Source of the DNA: Spirochaetia bacterium | GTDB taxonomy: Bacteria; Spirochaetota; Spirochaetia; CADAEX01 | NCBI GenBank assembly: GCA_963662795.1 | Contig: OY759746.1 | Coordinates: 2,912,001-2,976,000, forward strand | Direction of reading: 5' to 3' | DNA length: 64,000 nt | Shown here: positions 29,408-40,299 of the stretch, in pieces | Layout of the letters: each line of letters opens with the position of its first letter | Position numbering within the stretch: position 1 is the stretch's first letter | Translations under genes and position numbers: made by a program | Notes under the pieces: generated by a model | The model's database searches: none | What the model was told of the DNA's origin: nothing | Seen by the model: the letters and a program-made list of their open reading frames with translations, nothing else

Positions 29408-32400
29408 TTCCCGTCAAAAAATACTCATCAGTTGCGCTGTTCGCATCAGTACTTCTCTTTCTCCTTATTCCTTTATGTGTATCAGCGGTAGATATATACT
29501 GGGAAAACAGCGAAGTGCTGGTACCCGAGAACGGAAGATTTCACAGTGCAGCGTTCGGGGGAGGCAACACTGTAGTAATCTGGCATGAGTTTATCAAGCA
29601 GGGCCCTGAAAACGGGATAGTATATATTTCCCTTGCCTCATCGAAAAACGGGAAGGAATGGCTCCGCAATGAAAGGTTTGCCGGCCCTTTTAATTATAAC
29701 GGTGACGAAGTACCTGTTTGCTCACTTACCGTAAAAAATAACGGCGACATATATGTTTCTGTTTCTGCTGATGAAAATACAGTCAAGATTTATTCATCCG
29801 GCGACAATGGAAAAACCTTTAATGAGATTACCAGAAAAACATCATTCACAATGACTGTAGGGCCTCGTCTTTTTATAAAAGAGGACGGCACCTTTATAAT
29901 GTTTGTCACAAAGGAATCCGGCAATAATTTATCAATATTTTATGCACGGTCTGATACAGGAGAAACCTGGAGCGATTTTAGTCAGCTTGTACCCGAGCCG
30001 GGTCTTGAACTTAATTTTCTTCCCCAGTTTGTCTCAAAAGGGGGAGTTGAATATGTTGTATTCCAGTCTTTCCTTGTCCAGCGACGCTCTACATATCAGC
30101 TCTATCTTAAAAAAAGTACAGACGGGGGAAACTCCTGGAGTGAAGCAAAGAGGATTACGGATTTTGATGAGAGGATAAACGGAAGAACCGTAGAATCAGC
30201 CGATTTTGACAACCAGAGGCCGGATTTTAAAATTGATGACAGTACAATCCATCTTGCCTGGGAAAGAAGAAATATCAGCGAGGCAAATCCGCAGATTTAC
30301 TATGTTAAGCTTGATCTTGACGGAAATCCGAAAGAAGACCCTGAAAAGGTTTCAGCTGACGGTCGGACCTGTAATTACCCCAAAATTGCCAAATACAAGG
30401 GAAATATCTTTATCACATGGTTTGACAACAGGATGGGAGATTATCATGTGATTATTTCTGATTTTAACGGTATCCTCTGGCGGGACAAGGATATTTCACT
30501 GATGGAAGGGGATTCCATATTCAGCCAGCCTGTAGAAGCATACGGGTCTCTGTATATTTTATGGGAGAACATAAGAAATAATAAATCCCGGATTGTTATG
30601 CTTTCCCCGGATACAAGCGTTGAAAGTCCTGTTATAACTCCGCTGAATTTTCTGTCTTCAAGGAAATCTTCAGGAGACACGTACAGTTTCAGCTGGAACC
30701 TGCCGAATGACGCATCAGGTATTGCCGGTTTCAGTTATTCGGCAGGAAGAAGCAGATTCGGATCCCCGCCCAGAAAAATTACAAATACCTCAAGACAGCT
30801 TAAGGGGGATGTTGATATTGAAGAAGACGGACAGTGGTATATATATCTTGCGGCATCGGATTATGCCGGCAACTGGTCTGAAACTTCTGTAATTCCGGTT
30901 TACAGGGATACTGTTCCCCCGGGGCCTGTCTCTTTTGAGAAAATGGAAAAGGATGAGACAGGGTTTGTAAAATCCAATACTTTCAGGATCATGTGGCAGC
31001 CCCCTGCCGGCGAACCTGTCGAAGGCTTTGTTTATAACCTTCAGCTTATTGATGAAAATTACAGAAGAGATACAGAAGAGAGCGTTCTTCTTAAAAGGGT
31101 GAAGCCGCCTGAGAAAGAGAACAGAAATCCCTATCCGTATCTTGCCTACAGCAATCTTGATAATGGAATATGGGGTGTCTCGGTTTCCGCTGTTGATGAA
31201 GCCGGCAATATAAGCAAACCTTCCGCCAAATTATTTAAACTGAATAAGTATATACCGGTAACAATTATTTCTTCCATAGACCCTGTTGTGGACCAGCTGA
31301 ACAGGATTACCATCAGCATTAAAGGAAGAGGGTTTACCGCAGGGGGAAGTATAAGGACAATCCACCTTGACAGAGACGGGAAGGAACCGTGGGATTACAG
31401 TTTTTATCTCGCGGATAATTCCTATAAAATTGTCAACGATAGAACAATAACAGATTTTACTGTATCAGACATACTTGAAGGTGTTTACAGCATAGCGCTT
31501 GATCATCCGCGCAGGGGCCTTTATATAACAAAACCGGTTATAAAACTTGAACCTTCAGGTACGGTAAAGCTTGGATATTTCGTCAGCGGAAGGGAACCTG
31601 TCTGGAAGCCTGTAAGAAAAAAACTTTTTACATTCAACGCCGGTCTCGCCGGTATCTATCTTGTTCTGATAATATGCGCTCTTGCAGTTGCGGTTTCAGC
31701 TTACAGGCTGAGAGCGGTATGGACAGAAGGTCAGATGCTGAGAAAAGATATTGACGCTATTATGAAAGGGATACCTCTTTCCTACAGGGAAAGAAAAGAG
31801 AGGATTACTGTTATGAAAAGAAAAGGGATGGGGCTAAGGCTTAAGTTTACCCTGTTTGTAATATTTATAGTACTCGCTGTTGTAATAATGGTGGCGCTTC
31901 CTCTCGGAAGATTCATGCTTGAAACGCAAAGAAAAAATCTTGTTACTGCGCTGCGGCAGCAGTCGGAAGTATTACTTGAAAGTCTCACCTCCGGAGCAAG
32001 ATCATATCTGCCGGCGTCAAATACACTTGAACTTGGACTTCTTCCTGCCCAGAGAGAAGCAATGGCAGATGCTGTTTTTGTTACAATCGCAGGAAAAAGT
32101 TCAGAAAGCGGATCCGGTTATGATTATGTCTGGGCAAGCGATGACAGGAATATTTATTCCAAAATAGATTCACAGGAACTTATTCCGGGAAAATACAGAA
32201 TCAGCGATGCAATATCAGCATTGTCTGAAACGCTTCAGAAAAACATAGATGAAGAAGCTTCAGGGCGGGTATCTGTACTTGCCCAGGAAGTCGAAAAACT
32301 CGGACAGGAGGCAAGAGCCCTTATAGGGAGGGGAGGCAACGAGACTGCGCTTCAGGACCTGCAGAACCGGATACGCGATCTTGATCAGCAGATTCAGAAA

Positions 32401-33957
32401 ATACTTAAAGAGATAGGGAGCGGAATACGGGTTTATCCCCAGTTTGATGCTGAAAGCGGTTCACTGGAAGATGCTGTGTACACTTTCTACAAACCTGTAA
32501 TATACAGGCAGAGCGGAGAGAATATCTACTACCGGGGCCTTGTGAGGCTGGGTGTATCAACCAGCGGTATACTTTCTGAAATCAGAAATTCAAACGATTT
32601 TCTTATCAAGCAGACTCTTATCATAGCAGCCGGTGCAATCCTGTTCGGAATGGCAGGGGCGCTTATCCTTTCCTCAATTATCATCAGTCCGATAAAAAAA
32701 CTCGTACTGGGGCTTGAAAAAATAAGAGACACAGAAGATAAGGAAACACTCAAAGACCATCTAATTACAGTTAAATCCAGGGATGAGCTTTATATTCTTG
32801 CAGAAACAATTAATGAAATGACTCAGGGGCTTGCAAAGGCTGCTGCAGCGAGTAAAGACCTTACTTTAGGTAAGGAAATACAAAAAATGTTTATCCCCCT
32901 TGAAAAGGACAGTCACGGGAAAAAACTTACCACAGGCAAGGAATCTTCAGAAAATTTTGAATTTTTCGGATATTACGAAGGGGCAAAGGGAGTTTCCGGC
33001 GATTATTTTGATTATGTTAAACTTGATGAAGAGAATTATGCCCTGATAAAATGTGATGTCTCAGGCAAGGGAGTTCCGGCATCCCTTATCATGGTCGAGG
33101 TTGCTACAATTTTTACCAACTATTTCCGGCACTGGAAACCGGGCAGCAGGGTTAATCTTCCTGAAGTTATAATCAATATTAATGATATGCTTGAAGAACG
33201 GGGATTCCAGGGAAGGTTTGCAACCCTGATTGTTGTTGTTATCAATATAAAAAACGGCGACTGTTATCTTTGTAACGCGGGAGACAATATTGTCCATCTC
33301 TACAACAGCAGGGAAAACAGGATGAAACAGATTACACTTCCGGAATCGCCGGCCTCAGGAGTTTTTTCCTCTGTAATGGTAGGTGATAAATTTCAGCAGG
33401 TGAAAATGAAACTGGAAAAAAATGATGCTCTTCTGCTCTTTACTGACGGTGTAGAAGAAGCCAAAAGGAAGTTCCGGAACAGCAATTTTGAACTGATAAA
33501 TTGTGCTGAACCGGGGATGAAAGACGGGGATCTGCACGGTAACCACTATGTATCTGCCGGTGATGAGGAATTCGGGCTGCCCAGGATATACGATTTATTA
33601 AACGCTCTTTACAGCAGATCGATATATACCCTTGAAAAATATCATAATCCGGTGAGTGACGAAGTACAGTCATTTGATTTCAGCTCCTGCACCGGGACAA
33701 TTGAGGAAGCAGTACTGGCGCTGGTTTCAGTCGAGAGAATTTTCAGGTTATACACTGATCCAACAGCTACTTCAGAAAATAGAATACAAATTGACAATAA
33801 AATTAACGGATTCCTGAAAGAGCATTTTGAACAGTACCGCCGCTATTTCTCAAATCCGGTTGAAAACAAGGAAGGACAGGAATATACTGTTTTTACGAAT
33901 TTAAAGCAGGACGATCAGTATGATGATCTTACAATTCTCGCGTTCAGGAGAAAATAG
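29404..33957 (+). CDS. Membrane sensor phosphatase: BNR propeller + FN3-like + HAMP + SpoIIE/PP2C (TP0854-like)
   Basis: Asp-boxes (SKNGKEW, SGDNGKTF, SDTGETW, STDGGNSW), DYAGN/DEAGN, TM helices, HAMP (PIKKL..SRDEL) and PP2C motifs SGDYFD, CDVSGKG, FTDG, DDLT. Confidence 0.88.
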   Translation: MIPVKKYSSVALFASVLLFLLIPLCVSAVDIYWENSEVLVPENGRFHSAAFGGGNTVVIWHEFIKQGPENGIVYISLASSKNGKEWLRNERFAGPFNYNGDEVPVCSLTVKNNGDIYVSVSADENTVKIYSSGDNGKTFNEITRKTSFTMTVGPRLFIKEDGTFIMFVTKESGNNLSIFYARSDTGETWSDFSQLVPEPGLELNFLPQFVSKGGVEYVVFQSFLVQRRSTYQLYLKKSTDGGNSWSEAKRITDFDERINGRTVESADFDNQRPDFKIDDSTIHLAWERRNISEANPQIYYVKLDLDGNPKEDPEKVSADGRTCNYPKIAKYKGNIFITWFDNRMGDYHVIISDFNGILWRDKDISLMEGDSIFSQPVEAYGSLYILWENIRNNKSRIVMLSPDTSVESPVITPLNFLSSRKSSGDTYSFSWNLPNDASGIAGFSYSAGRSRFGSPPRKITNTSRQLKGDVDIEEDGQWYIYLAASDYAGNWSETSVIPVYRDTVPPGPVSFEKMEKDETGFVKSNTFRIMWQPPAGEPVEGFVYNLQLIDENYRRDTEESVLLKRVKPPEKENRNPYPYLAYSNLDNGIWGVSVSAVDEAGNISKPSAKLFKLNKYIPVTIISSIDPVVDQLNRITISIKGRGFTAGGSIRTIHLDRDGKEPWDYSFYLADNSYKIVNDRTITDFTVSDILEGVYSIALDHPRRGLYITKPVIKLEPSGTVKLGYFVSGREPVWKPVRKKLFTFNAGLAGIYLVLIICALAVAVSAYRLRAVWTEGQMLRKDIDAIMKGIPLSYRERKERITVMKRKGMGLRLKFTLFVIFIVLAVVIMVALPLGRFMLETQRKNLVTALRQQSEVLLESLTSGARSYLPASNTLELGLLPAQREAMADAVFVTIAGKSSESGSGYDYVWASDDRNIYSKIDSQELIPGKYRISDAISALSETLQKNIDEEASGRVSVLAQEVEKLGQEARALIGRGGNETALQDLQNRIRDLDQQIQKILKEIGSGIRVYPQFDAESGSLEDAVYTFYKPVIYRQSGENIYYRGLVRLGVSTSGILSEIRNSNDFLIKQTLIIAAGAILFGMAGALILSSIIISPIKKLVLGLEKIRDTEDKETLKDHLITVKSRDELYILAETINEMTQGLAKAAAASKDLTLGKEIQKMFIPLEKDSHGKKLTTGKESSENFEFFGYYEGAKGVSGDYFDYVKLDEENYALIKCDVSGKGVPASLIMVEVATIFTNYFRHWKPGSRVNLPEVIININDMLEERGFQGRFATLIVVVINIKNGDCYLCNAGDNIVHLYNSRENRMKQITLPESPASGVFSSVMVGDKFQQVKMKLEKNDALLLFTDGVEEAKRKFRNSNFELINCAEPGMKDGDLHGNHYVSAGDEEFGLPRIYDLLNALYSRSIYTLEKYHNPVSDEVQSFDFSSCTGTIEEAVLALVSVERIFRLYTDPTATSENRIQIDNKINGFLKEHFEQYRRYFSNPVENKEGQEYTVFTNLKQDDQYDDLTILAFRRK

Positions 33958-33966
33958 TTGGGAAGC

Positions 33967-34284
33967 ATGAAGAAAGGTTTTGTCTGTCAGAACTGCGGAA
34001 AAAATGTCCCCCCAAAAACAGACAGGTGCCCTCACTGCGGCAGATTTTTTAAAGGGGTCAGGTGTCCTCAGTGTCTTTATATAGGGGTTGCCGATGATTT
34101 TTTAAAAGGCTGCCCTGCGTGCGGATATCTTGGCGATACAGAATCCGGAGTAAATCTGCAGTCTATGCCGGACTATTTAAAGCCGGCAAAAAAAGAGCTT
34201 CCTGCATGGTTTTATCTTTCTGCCATCGGAATACTGATAATTGCGGTAATTGTCCTGTTAATTATTTTTTTTAACATGCCCTGA
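33967..34284 (+). CDS. Double zinc-ribbon protein with C-terminal TM anchor
   Basis: Four CxxC pairs (CQNC, CPHC, CPQC, CPAC) and a hydrophobic C-terminus. Confidence 0.8.
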   Translation: MKKGFVCQNCGKNVPPKTDRCPHCGRFFKGVRCPQCLYIGVADDFLKGCPACGYLGDTESGVNLQSMPDYLKPAKKELPAWFYLSAIGILIIAVIVLLIIFFNMP

Positions 34285-34302
34285 GTATATTCGGAATTTC
34301 CA

Positions 34303-34870
34303 TCATTCAGTGATTGAAAATCTCTCCCTTAGAGCTTTTCTGAAGACCGGAGGGTTTAATCCCAGCAGTTTGGCTGCGTTCTCCCTGTTGCCGTCAGTTT
34401 TTTCAAGAGCTTTACGGTATATCTCTTTTTCATAATTATGATTACTGTTTTAATATTGAATCCCTCATCATCTATATCTGTTTCAAGCGGGGATAATACA
34501 CCGCTTGTTATAAGCCAGAAAAGTATTTCCTGGGGGAGGAGCTCAGTCATAATCTGGTCTGAAACAGATATACAGCAAAGTGCGGATACAGTGTTTTTAA
34601 GCTGTCTGATATTGCCGGGCCATGGGTAATCTGAAAGCATGGAATATGTATCTTCGCTTAAATACTTGCTTTCACCATATCTGCTGGTCCATTCGGAAAG
34701 GAATGTATCAGCAAGTTCTTTAATATCTTCACTATGTTCTCTCAGAGGCGGAACTGAAAGTGTTATCTGGTTAAGCCTTTCATACAAATCCCTCCGGAAT
34801 TTCCCGCAGGCTATAAGCTCAGGCAGTTCCCTGTTTGTTGCCGCAATAACCCTGATATCTGCAGGATAAA
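34303..34870 (-). pseudogene. 5'-truncated, frameshifted sigma54-dependent activator (AAA+ end + Fis HTH)
   Basis: DIRVIAATNR, FRRDLYERL, PPLRE and YPWPGNIRQL; the HTH ALEKTDGNRENAAKLLGL is in another frame; no GAFTGA or Walker A region. Confidence 0.85.
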
Positions 34871-34906
34871 ATTATTAATTCAGGCCTTAGATAACAAGGT
34901 GTGTAT

Positions 34907-36081
34907 ATGACATTGGCTGAAAACAATGAATACAGTATTAAATATATTAACGGAGCCGGAAATATTTCACACAGAAATATCACGGTAATCTCTGTCTGTG
35001 ACCCTTTATACTGTAAAGGCTATTTAAAGGCCTGGTGTCATCTCTTCAGATATGACAGAATCCTTGAAACAGACCTTTGGGGCACACAAACTTCAGGCGG
35101 GAAAACTTTTTCACTCAATGCCTCAAATCATGATGCCGGACAGGTAATCTGCACTTCTGCAGAGCTGAAATCAGCTGCGTAGAATCCCTGCTGTGATATT
35201 GAGCAAAAAAGCGGCGGATATCACGAGGCTGCAAGTATCACGTCTTCTTCTGTGGCTGCGAATAAAGTTTCGCCGGTTTTTGTTTCCTCCATCTGCAGCC
35301 CCGTCAATAATTTTTCCAATAATAATACATCATATTCTTTAGGTCATATTATATGCATGGCGATTACCGCGGCAGTACTCGGCGCCTTCGGTATAGATCT
35401 TTTTGCAAAGATTTTTAACCCGCCGGAAGTTAATACATATTCAATAGACTATTCCTTCATTAAACCGGCCCCGAAACCGATTATTAAACCTCTGTCTCCT
35501 TCTTCCCCTGTCCCTTTACCCCTTCCTTCCGGTTCATTGCCCCGACTCCCTGCTGTAAAAAAAACCGCAGTTACAGAAATTACTGAACCATCAGGAATAG
35601 AGAGAAAAACAGTCTTCAGGGAAATTAGCGGGATAATAAACTTTAAGCTTGAAAATATCTACGAATCAGCTGATACGGATCACAGAGGAGTTATAAGCTG
35701 GAGTAATAAGATATACAAAAATTATGCATACATTGCAAACTGTCTTGCATTAAGGACTGATGAATTTCTTCAGCAGGGCGGAGGCGACTGTGAGGACTGG
35801 GCGCTTTTTACATGCGTTTTCCTTTGCTACTGGGATATTGAAAGTTATGTGGGATCATTCGGGGCCAAAAACGGGACCGGGCATGCGGTCTGTCTTGTGC
35901 CGATGAATTCGCCTGTGGAAAACTACAGTTATTACCGCCGGAAGGTTTTAATAATTTTACTGATGCCTGTTACATCCCGGCTGATTACAATCATGCCGGA
36001 CCTCTTTCCAGCGCAGTTGATAAGAAATGAAAACTAAGAAGTATATATATACCTTCTGAAATCTATACTCTGTATATGTAA
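34907..36081 (+). pseudogene. Disrupted WYL-domain + TM + transglutaminase-like Cys protease gene
   Basis: WYL-like IKYINGAGNISHRNI...YLKAWCHLFRYDRI, in-frame TAG at 35180, TM helix, Pro-rich linker, GGDCEDWA...GHAVC, then a frameshift and internal TGA before ...EIYTLYM*. Confidence 0.65.
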
Positions 36082-36360
36082 CTTTTGTTTCATTTTCGCG
36101 TAACTTAAATTACCTGTCAGGGAAAAAAATGAAAAAAAGCAGCATCAGTTGTTTTAAAATAAAATAAATATATTGCATAAAGTAATTATCAGGATTAGAA
36201 TTAGTTATTAAAAAAAAATATTTATAAAAGATAGAGAAAAAGTAAAATGATTAGTACAGAAACATACTTTTTATCAGCTGTCGCTGTAATAATTTACAGG
36301 AAGATGCTGTTGCTTACCGGATAAACGTGTGAAGCAACTGTAAAATGCTTATGCATTTCA

Positions 36361-36972
36361 ATGGATTATTTTCAGTCTGTTGACATCAATTTTGCTATTT
36401 ATAGTGATGGAGGAAAAAGTATGGATACTATTGCTGAAAAAATGAGTTCGGAAATCTCTCCCAATCTGATATCTGCTGTGATTCTCGCCGGTTGCGCTTC
36501 ACTGAAATGCTGCAGTAAAAATAATCTGAATATTAAGGTTATCAAACCCGGAATCAATCTAAAAGTCCTGTCGTCCGGCGGGGATGAAATATATAATTCA
36601 GAAAAATCAGAGAATTTCATTCTTAAAAATTGTCCGGTTGACACTGACAGAAAATTTACAGTCGAACTTGAAAATCCAGGTCTCCCGTTATTCCGTTTTG
36701 TTGTATCATGCGGAAAAAACGGCGGCTGGTTCGCGGCGGAAAAACATCTTATCGGCGGGGTTTTAAGCATTATGATTGCTGATTGCAAAACCAGTAATTT
36801 GTACAGGATCAACCCTGTAAGCTATTCCGGAAGAATTGATGATATCAGGAAAAACCTGATGCTGGATAAAAAAAGCGATGAGCTGTTCATTGTTCAGAAG
36901 TGTTCGCTTCCGGATGAGATATTTAAAAAACTTCCCCTTGAAACAGTAAGGAATAACAAGTATATCAAATAG
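36361..36972 (+). CDS. Hypothetical protein
   Basis: 203-aa ORF with plausible composition; no family recognised. Confidence 0.45.
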   Translation: MDYFQSVDINFAIYSDGGKSMDTIAEKMSSEISPNLISAVILAGCASLKCCSKNNLNIKVIKPGINLKVLSSGGDEIYNSEKSENFILKNCPVDTDRKFTVELENPGLPLFRFVVSCGKNGGWFAAEKHLIGGVLSIMIADCKTSNLYRINPVSYSGRIDDIRKNLMLDKKSDELFIVQKCSLPDEIFKKLPLETVRNNKYIK

Positions 36973-36994
36973 AGGATATGGTTTTTTATAATAA

Positions 36995-37609
36995 TTATTC
37001 GGAAAAATTTCTTAAGGCAAAAAACAAGCGCTGAATAACTGTTATAAATGTTAGTATCGCCATAATAGAAAAAATCCAGACCAGGTAAGCCGGGAGGATA
37101 AAGAACAGTGAATAAAAAATGATTGTCTCTGTTCCTTCCACAATGCCGGAAGGCATCTCAACAGACGTAAAAAGTCTGTTGTCTGACTGTTTTTTCTTTT
37201 TCTCCAATAACGCTGAAAGATACATCCATGATACCGCATTAATATAGAATGTGCCGAGAAGAAATGCCGTAGCTTTCCACAAAAGAACAGAATTATACTG
37301 CCACGCCAGGGCGAGAGGAATTGCAGCATATACTGTGAAGTCTGTCATTATGTCAAGATATGCACCTTCATCTGACTGTTTTTTATATCTGCGGGCAACA
37401 GCCCCGTCAAGGCCGTCAAGAATGCGGTTAAGAATCCAGAGTAAGAGAGCTGCTTTCAGGCTTCCCGTTAAAGCTGCCGAAGCGCAGGCAATACCGGCGG
37501 TAAAAGCTGCCAGGGTGATAATATCAGGATTAATATTTTCCGCCCATCTGCCTGTAAGAGTTTTCATCAGCCTGTCTTTTACAGCCCTGAGCTTTATATC
37601 AAACAACAT
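36995..37609 (-). CDS. CDP-alcohol phosphatidyltransferase family protein (YnjF-like)
   Basis: NRILDGLDGAVAR...GAYLDIMTD signature and GIVEGTETI. Confidence 0.9.
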   Translation of the reverse strand: MLFDIKLRAVKDRLMKTLTGRWAENINPDIITLAAFTAGIACASAALTGSLKAALLLWILNRILDGLDGAVARRYKKQSDEGAYLDIMTDFTVYAAIPLALAWQYNSVLLWKATAFLLGTFYINAVSWMYLSALLEKKKKQSDNRLFTSVEMPSGIVEGTETIIFYSLFFILPAYLVWIFSIMAILTFITVIQRLFFALRNFSE

Positions 37610-37658
37610 ATTACTCCTTTATCAGCTAACTTCTTAAAGTCCTTAAAATCCTTAAAAT

Positions 37659-38100
37659 CTAATGGCGCAAAACCCTGATGTAATCGATAAAAGCCTGCGA
37701 CTCTTCTTCAGTATTGTCCGGGTCCCCCATGACGTCAAGCGAAGCTTTTACCGGCGGCTCTTTACCGAAGACCCTCAGGTAGTCATTGAGGATATTTACC
37801 CTGTGCGCTCTCCGCTCTCCCGGATGTTCTCCTCCGCTGTCGGACGCAAACATGACCGCGCTTGAAGTATATACGTTTTGGATATATTCTTTGTCCCAGC
37901 TGCTGGCATAGACATAATTAAGCGCCGTGTCAGGCGGATATTTTCCGTAAAGAAGTTTCGCGATATTGTACTTTGCCTTTACGAACGGGCCAGCATCATC
38001 CGGTGAATATTCAAATATAATATAAGCCTTACCGCGTAATCGTCTCCCGATTTTTTCCCCGCGTTTCCTTTTACAAATACATTGGATGCTTTCCATCTTC
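37659..38100 (-). pseudogene. Truncated, frameshifted DUF3047 gene
   Basis: RWKASNVFVKGNAGKKSGDDYAVRL in one frame joins YIIFEY..LYGKYPP..LNYV..NILNDY..VFGKEPP in another; N-terminus missing. Confidence 0.7.
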
Positions 38101-39583
38101 ATTCTATGACCGGGCCTCTGCCCCTGTAGCCGAATATTTTTTTAAGTATCTTCCTTGTTTTACTGTTGAAAAATCTGGCCCCATAATAAACCGAGGCGGC
38201 TTTTTTCTGTATCTCTCCCATTGTGGGGTAGGGGTAGATGGGACTCATGATTTCCATAAGCCTCAACTTTCTTGTAACTGCGTATAACGAGGGGAGGATA
38301 AGGTCACCGGCGCCGGCCCCTGCTATCTGCGTACCAATAACTCTCTCTTTTTTATCAATAAGTATCTTGATTTTTCCTTCTGTCCTCTGCTCTGCCTGTG
38401 CTCTGTCTATATCATCAAGGTAAGATATTACAGTTTCGAAACTGATACCGGCTTCCTTTGCCCGTTTTTCATTATACCCGATTGACGCAAGTTCGGGATC
38501 GCTGTAGGTGCACCACGGGACATTGTTATAGTTGAAATTTCCCGGAAGATGAAGAACTGCTTTTTTTATCACGAATGAGCCTTCCGCTCCCGCGACATGA
38601 GTAAAAAGATGGCTGCCGTTGACATCCCCGATAGCGTAAATATGTTTCTGCCGGGTCTGAAGTTTTTGATTTACCGGGATAAAGTTCTTCCCGGTTTCAA
38701 CTCCGGCTTTTTCAAGGTCAAGGCCGGCTGTGTTTCCTTCTCTTCCAACTGCGGCAAGGATCAGTTCTCCTTCTGCTTTAAAGATTTTACCGGGATTGTC
38801 AGTTTGCGTATATGTAACCTCTTTCATCCCTCCGGACCCTGAGAATAGGGAAGATGAAGATGAAACAGCAGCCAACTGCGCTTTTGCGTTATTGATAATC
38901 ACGCCACCTTCTTTTATCAGTTGATCCTCAATTACCTGCGCCATATCATCATCCTCTTTTGAAAGGAGATGGGATGAGCTGTTGATTATTGTTACTTTAC
39001 TCCCCAGTCTCAGGAAGGCCTGGCCCAGTTCAACACCGATTGGCCCGCCTCCTATAACAACAAGGCTGTCTGGAAGCTTATCAAGAGAAAAAACTTCCCT
39101 GTTTGTAATATATCCTGTTTCAGCAAGTCCTTTAATTTCAGGTATAAAAGGGGCGCTGCCTGTGCTGATTACGATGGCGGCCGCTGAAAATATTTTACCG
39201 TCAAGTATAATCTCATGCGGGGATATAAAACGGGGAGAGCCCTTGTAAACCTCTGCTCCCAGCCCTTCAAACCTTTCTACCGCATCATGCTTCTCAATTT
39301 TACTTATTACATCGTGCACACGGGACATAACTGCCTTAAGATCGACATTGCCCCGAACGAGCTCAGGCAGTCCGTAAGCAGGGAAAAGGCCCGCCTGATG
39401 ATAAAGCGATGCGCTTTTAAGCAGTGTTTTGCTTGGAACACAGCCATAGTAGAGGCAGTCGCCTCCTGTCCTGTCTTTTTCAAAAAGGGCGGTTTTCAGT
39501 CCAAGCTGGGAAGCCCCTGATGCTGCAGTCAGGCCTGCGGCCCCGCCTCCGATTACAATTATGTCGTGTGTATATTTACTCAT
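38099..39583 (-). CDS. FAD-dependent pyridine nucleotide-disulfide oxidoreductase (MerA/LpdA-like family)
   Basis: GGGAAG, GGDCLYYGCVPSK, GGGPIGVE, AIGD and YPYPT; no MerA C-terminal CC pair. Confidence 0.9.
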   Translation of the reverse strand: MSKYTHDIIVIGGGAAGLTAASGASQLGLKTALFEKDRTGGDCLYYGCVPSKTLLKSASLYHQAGLFPAYGLPELVRGNVDLKAVMSRVHDVISKIEKHDAVERFEGLGAEVYKGSPRFISPHEIILDGKIFSAAAIVISTGSAPFIPEIKGLAETGYITNREVFSLDKLPDSLVVIGGGPIGVELGQAFLRLGSKVTIINSSSHLLSKEDDDMAQVIEDQLIKEGGVIINNAKAQLAAVSSSSSLFSGSGGMKEVTYTQTDNPGKIFKAEGELILAAVGREGNTAGLDLEKAGVETGKNFIPVNQKLQTRQKHIYAIGDVNGSHLFTHVAGAEGSFVIKKAVLHLPGNFNYNNVPWCTYSDPELASIGYNEKRAKEAGISFETVISYLDDIDRAQAEQRTEGKIKILIDKKERVIGTQIAGAGAGDLILPSLYAVTRKLRLMEIMSPIYPYPTMGEIQKKAASVYYGARFFNSKTRKILKKIFGYRGRGPVIE

Positions 39584-40280
39584 TGCCTTTTCCCTTATCG
39601 ATATGCTTAGCCCGCTTCAGCCTCTTTACAAGGACAGGAACAAGGCTTAACAGTCCCAGCAGCGTAAGCGCTGTTATAACCTGCAGGCCGAAACTCCCTT
39701 CAGGTCCCGCATTCGCTCCTGTATAACCCAGATAAGCGAAAACAAAGGATCCCGGGATAATTCCAAGTGAAGTTGTCCAGATAAATGTTCCGGCAGGTAT
39801 CCTTGTAAAGCCTGCGAGCAGGTTGATAAGGAAGAATGGAAAAACAGGAAGAAGCCTTAAGGTGAGCATATAGTTCTTTCCGTTCTCATCAATTTCCCTG
39901 TTGAATTTTGCAAGTTTTTCGCTGTATTTCCCCTGAATTTCCCTGCCGAGAATATAGCGGGCGGCAAGGAAGATGCAGAACGCCCCTGTTGTTGCTCCGG
40001 CATTAATGAAAAGTGTTCCCCAAAGGGGCCCGAAAAAAAAGCCGCCCATAAGAGACATTACAGTAGCTCCTGGTATGGAAAAAGCGACTACCGCAATATA
40101 AAGGGCAATAAAAATTCCGGCAGAAAGGATGAAAGACTGCTGCACCGATTCAAGAAGTTTTTCCTTCTGCGAAAGAAGGTTCTGAAGATTTACCGCATCC
40201 CCCAGGGGCGTGTATATGTAAAGGGCAGAGACAATCACCGCAATAATCAGAACCAGAGTAATTTTAAATCCTGTCTTCAT
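39576..40280 (-). CDS. TVP38/TMEM64 (DedA/SNARE-associated) membrane protein
   Basis: FSIPGAT, GATTGA, LRLLPVFPFFLIN and GIIPGS. Confidence 0.9.
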   Translation of the reverse strand: MKTGFKITLVLIIAVIVSALYIYTPLGDAVNLQNLLSQKEKLLESVQQSFILSAGIFIALYIAVVAFSIPGATVMSLMGGFFFGPLWGTLFINAGATTGAFCIFLAARYILGREIQGKYSEKLAKFNREIDENGKNYMLTLRLLPVFPFFLINLLAGFTRIPAGTFIWTTSLGIIPGSFVFAYLGYTGANAGPEGSFGLQVITALTLLGLLSLVPVLVKRLKRAKHIDKGKGNE

Positions 40281-40299
40281 GAAAACCTCCGTCAGGCAG

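Noticed and set aside
35180-35182. Recoded TAG (pyrrolysine or readthrough)
   Set aside because: The same gene has further lesions (deletion, frameshift, TGA), so ordinary decay explains it better.
38099-39583. True mercuric reductase / mer operon
   Set aside because: Lacks the N-terminal HMA domain and C-terminal Cys-Cys pair; no merR/T/P nearby.
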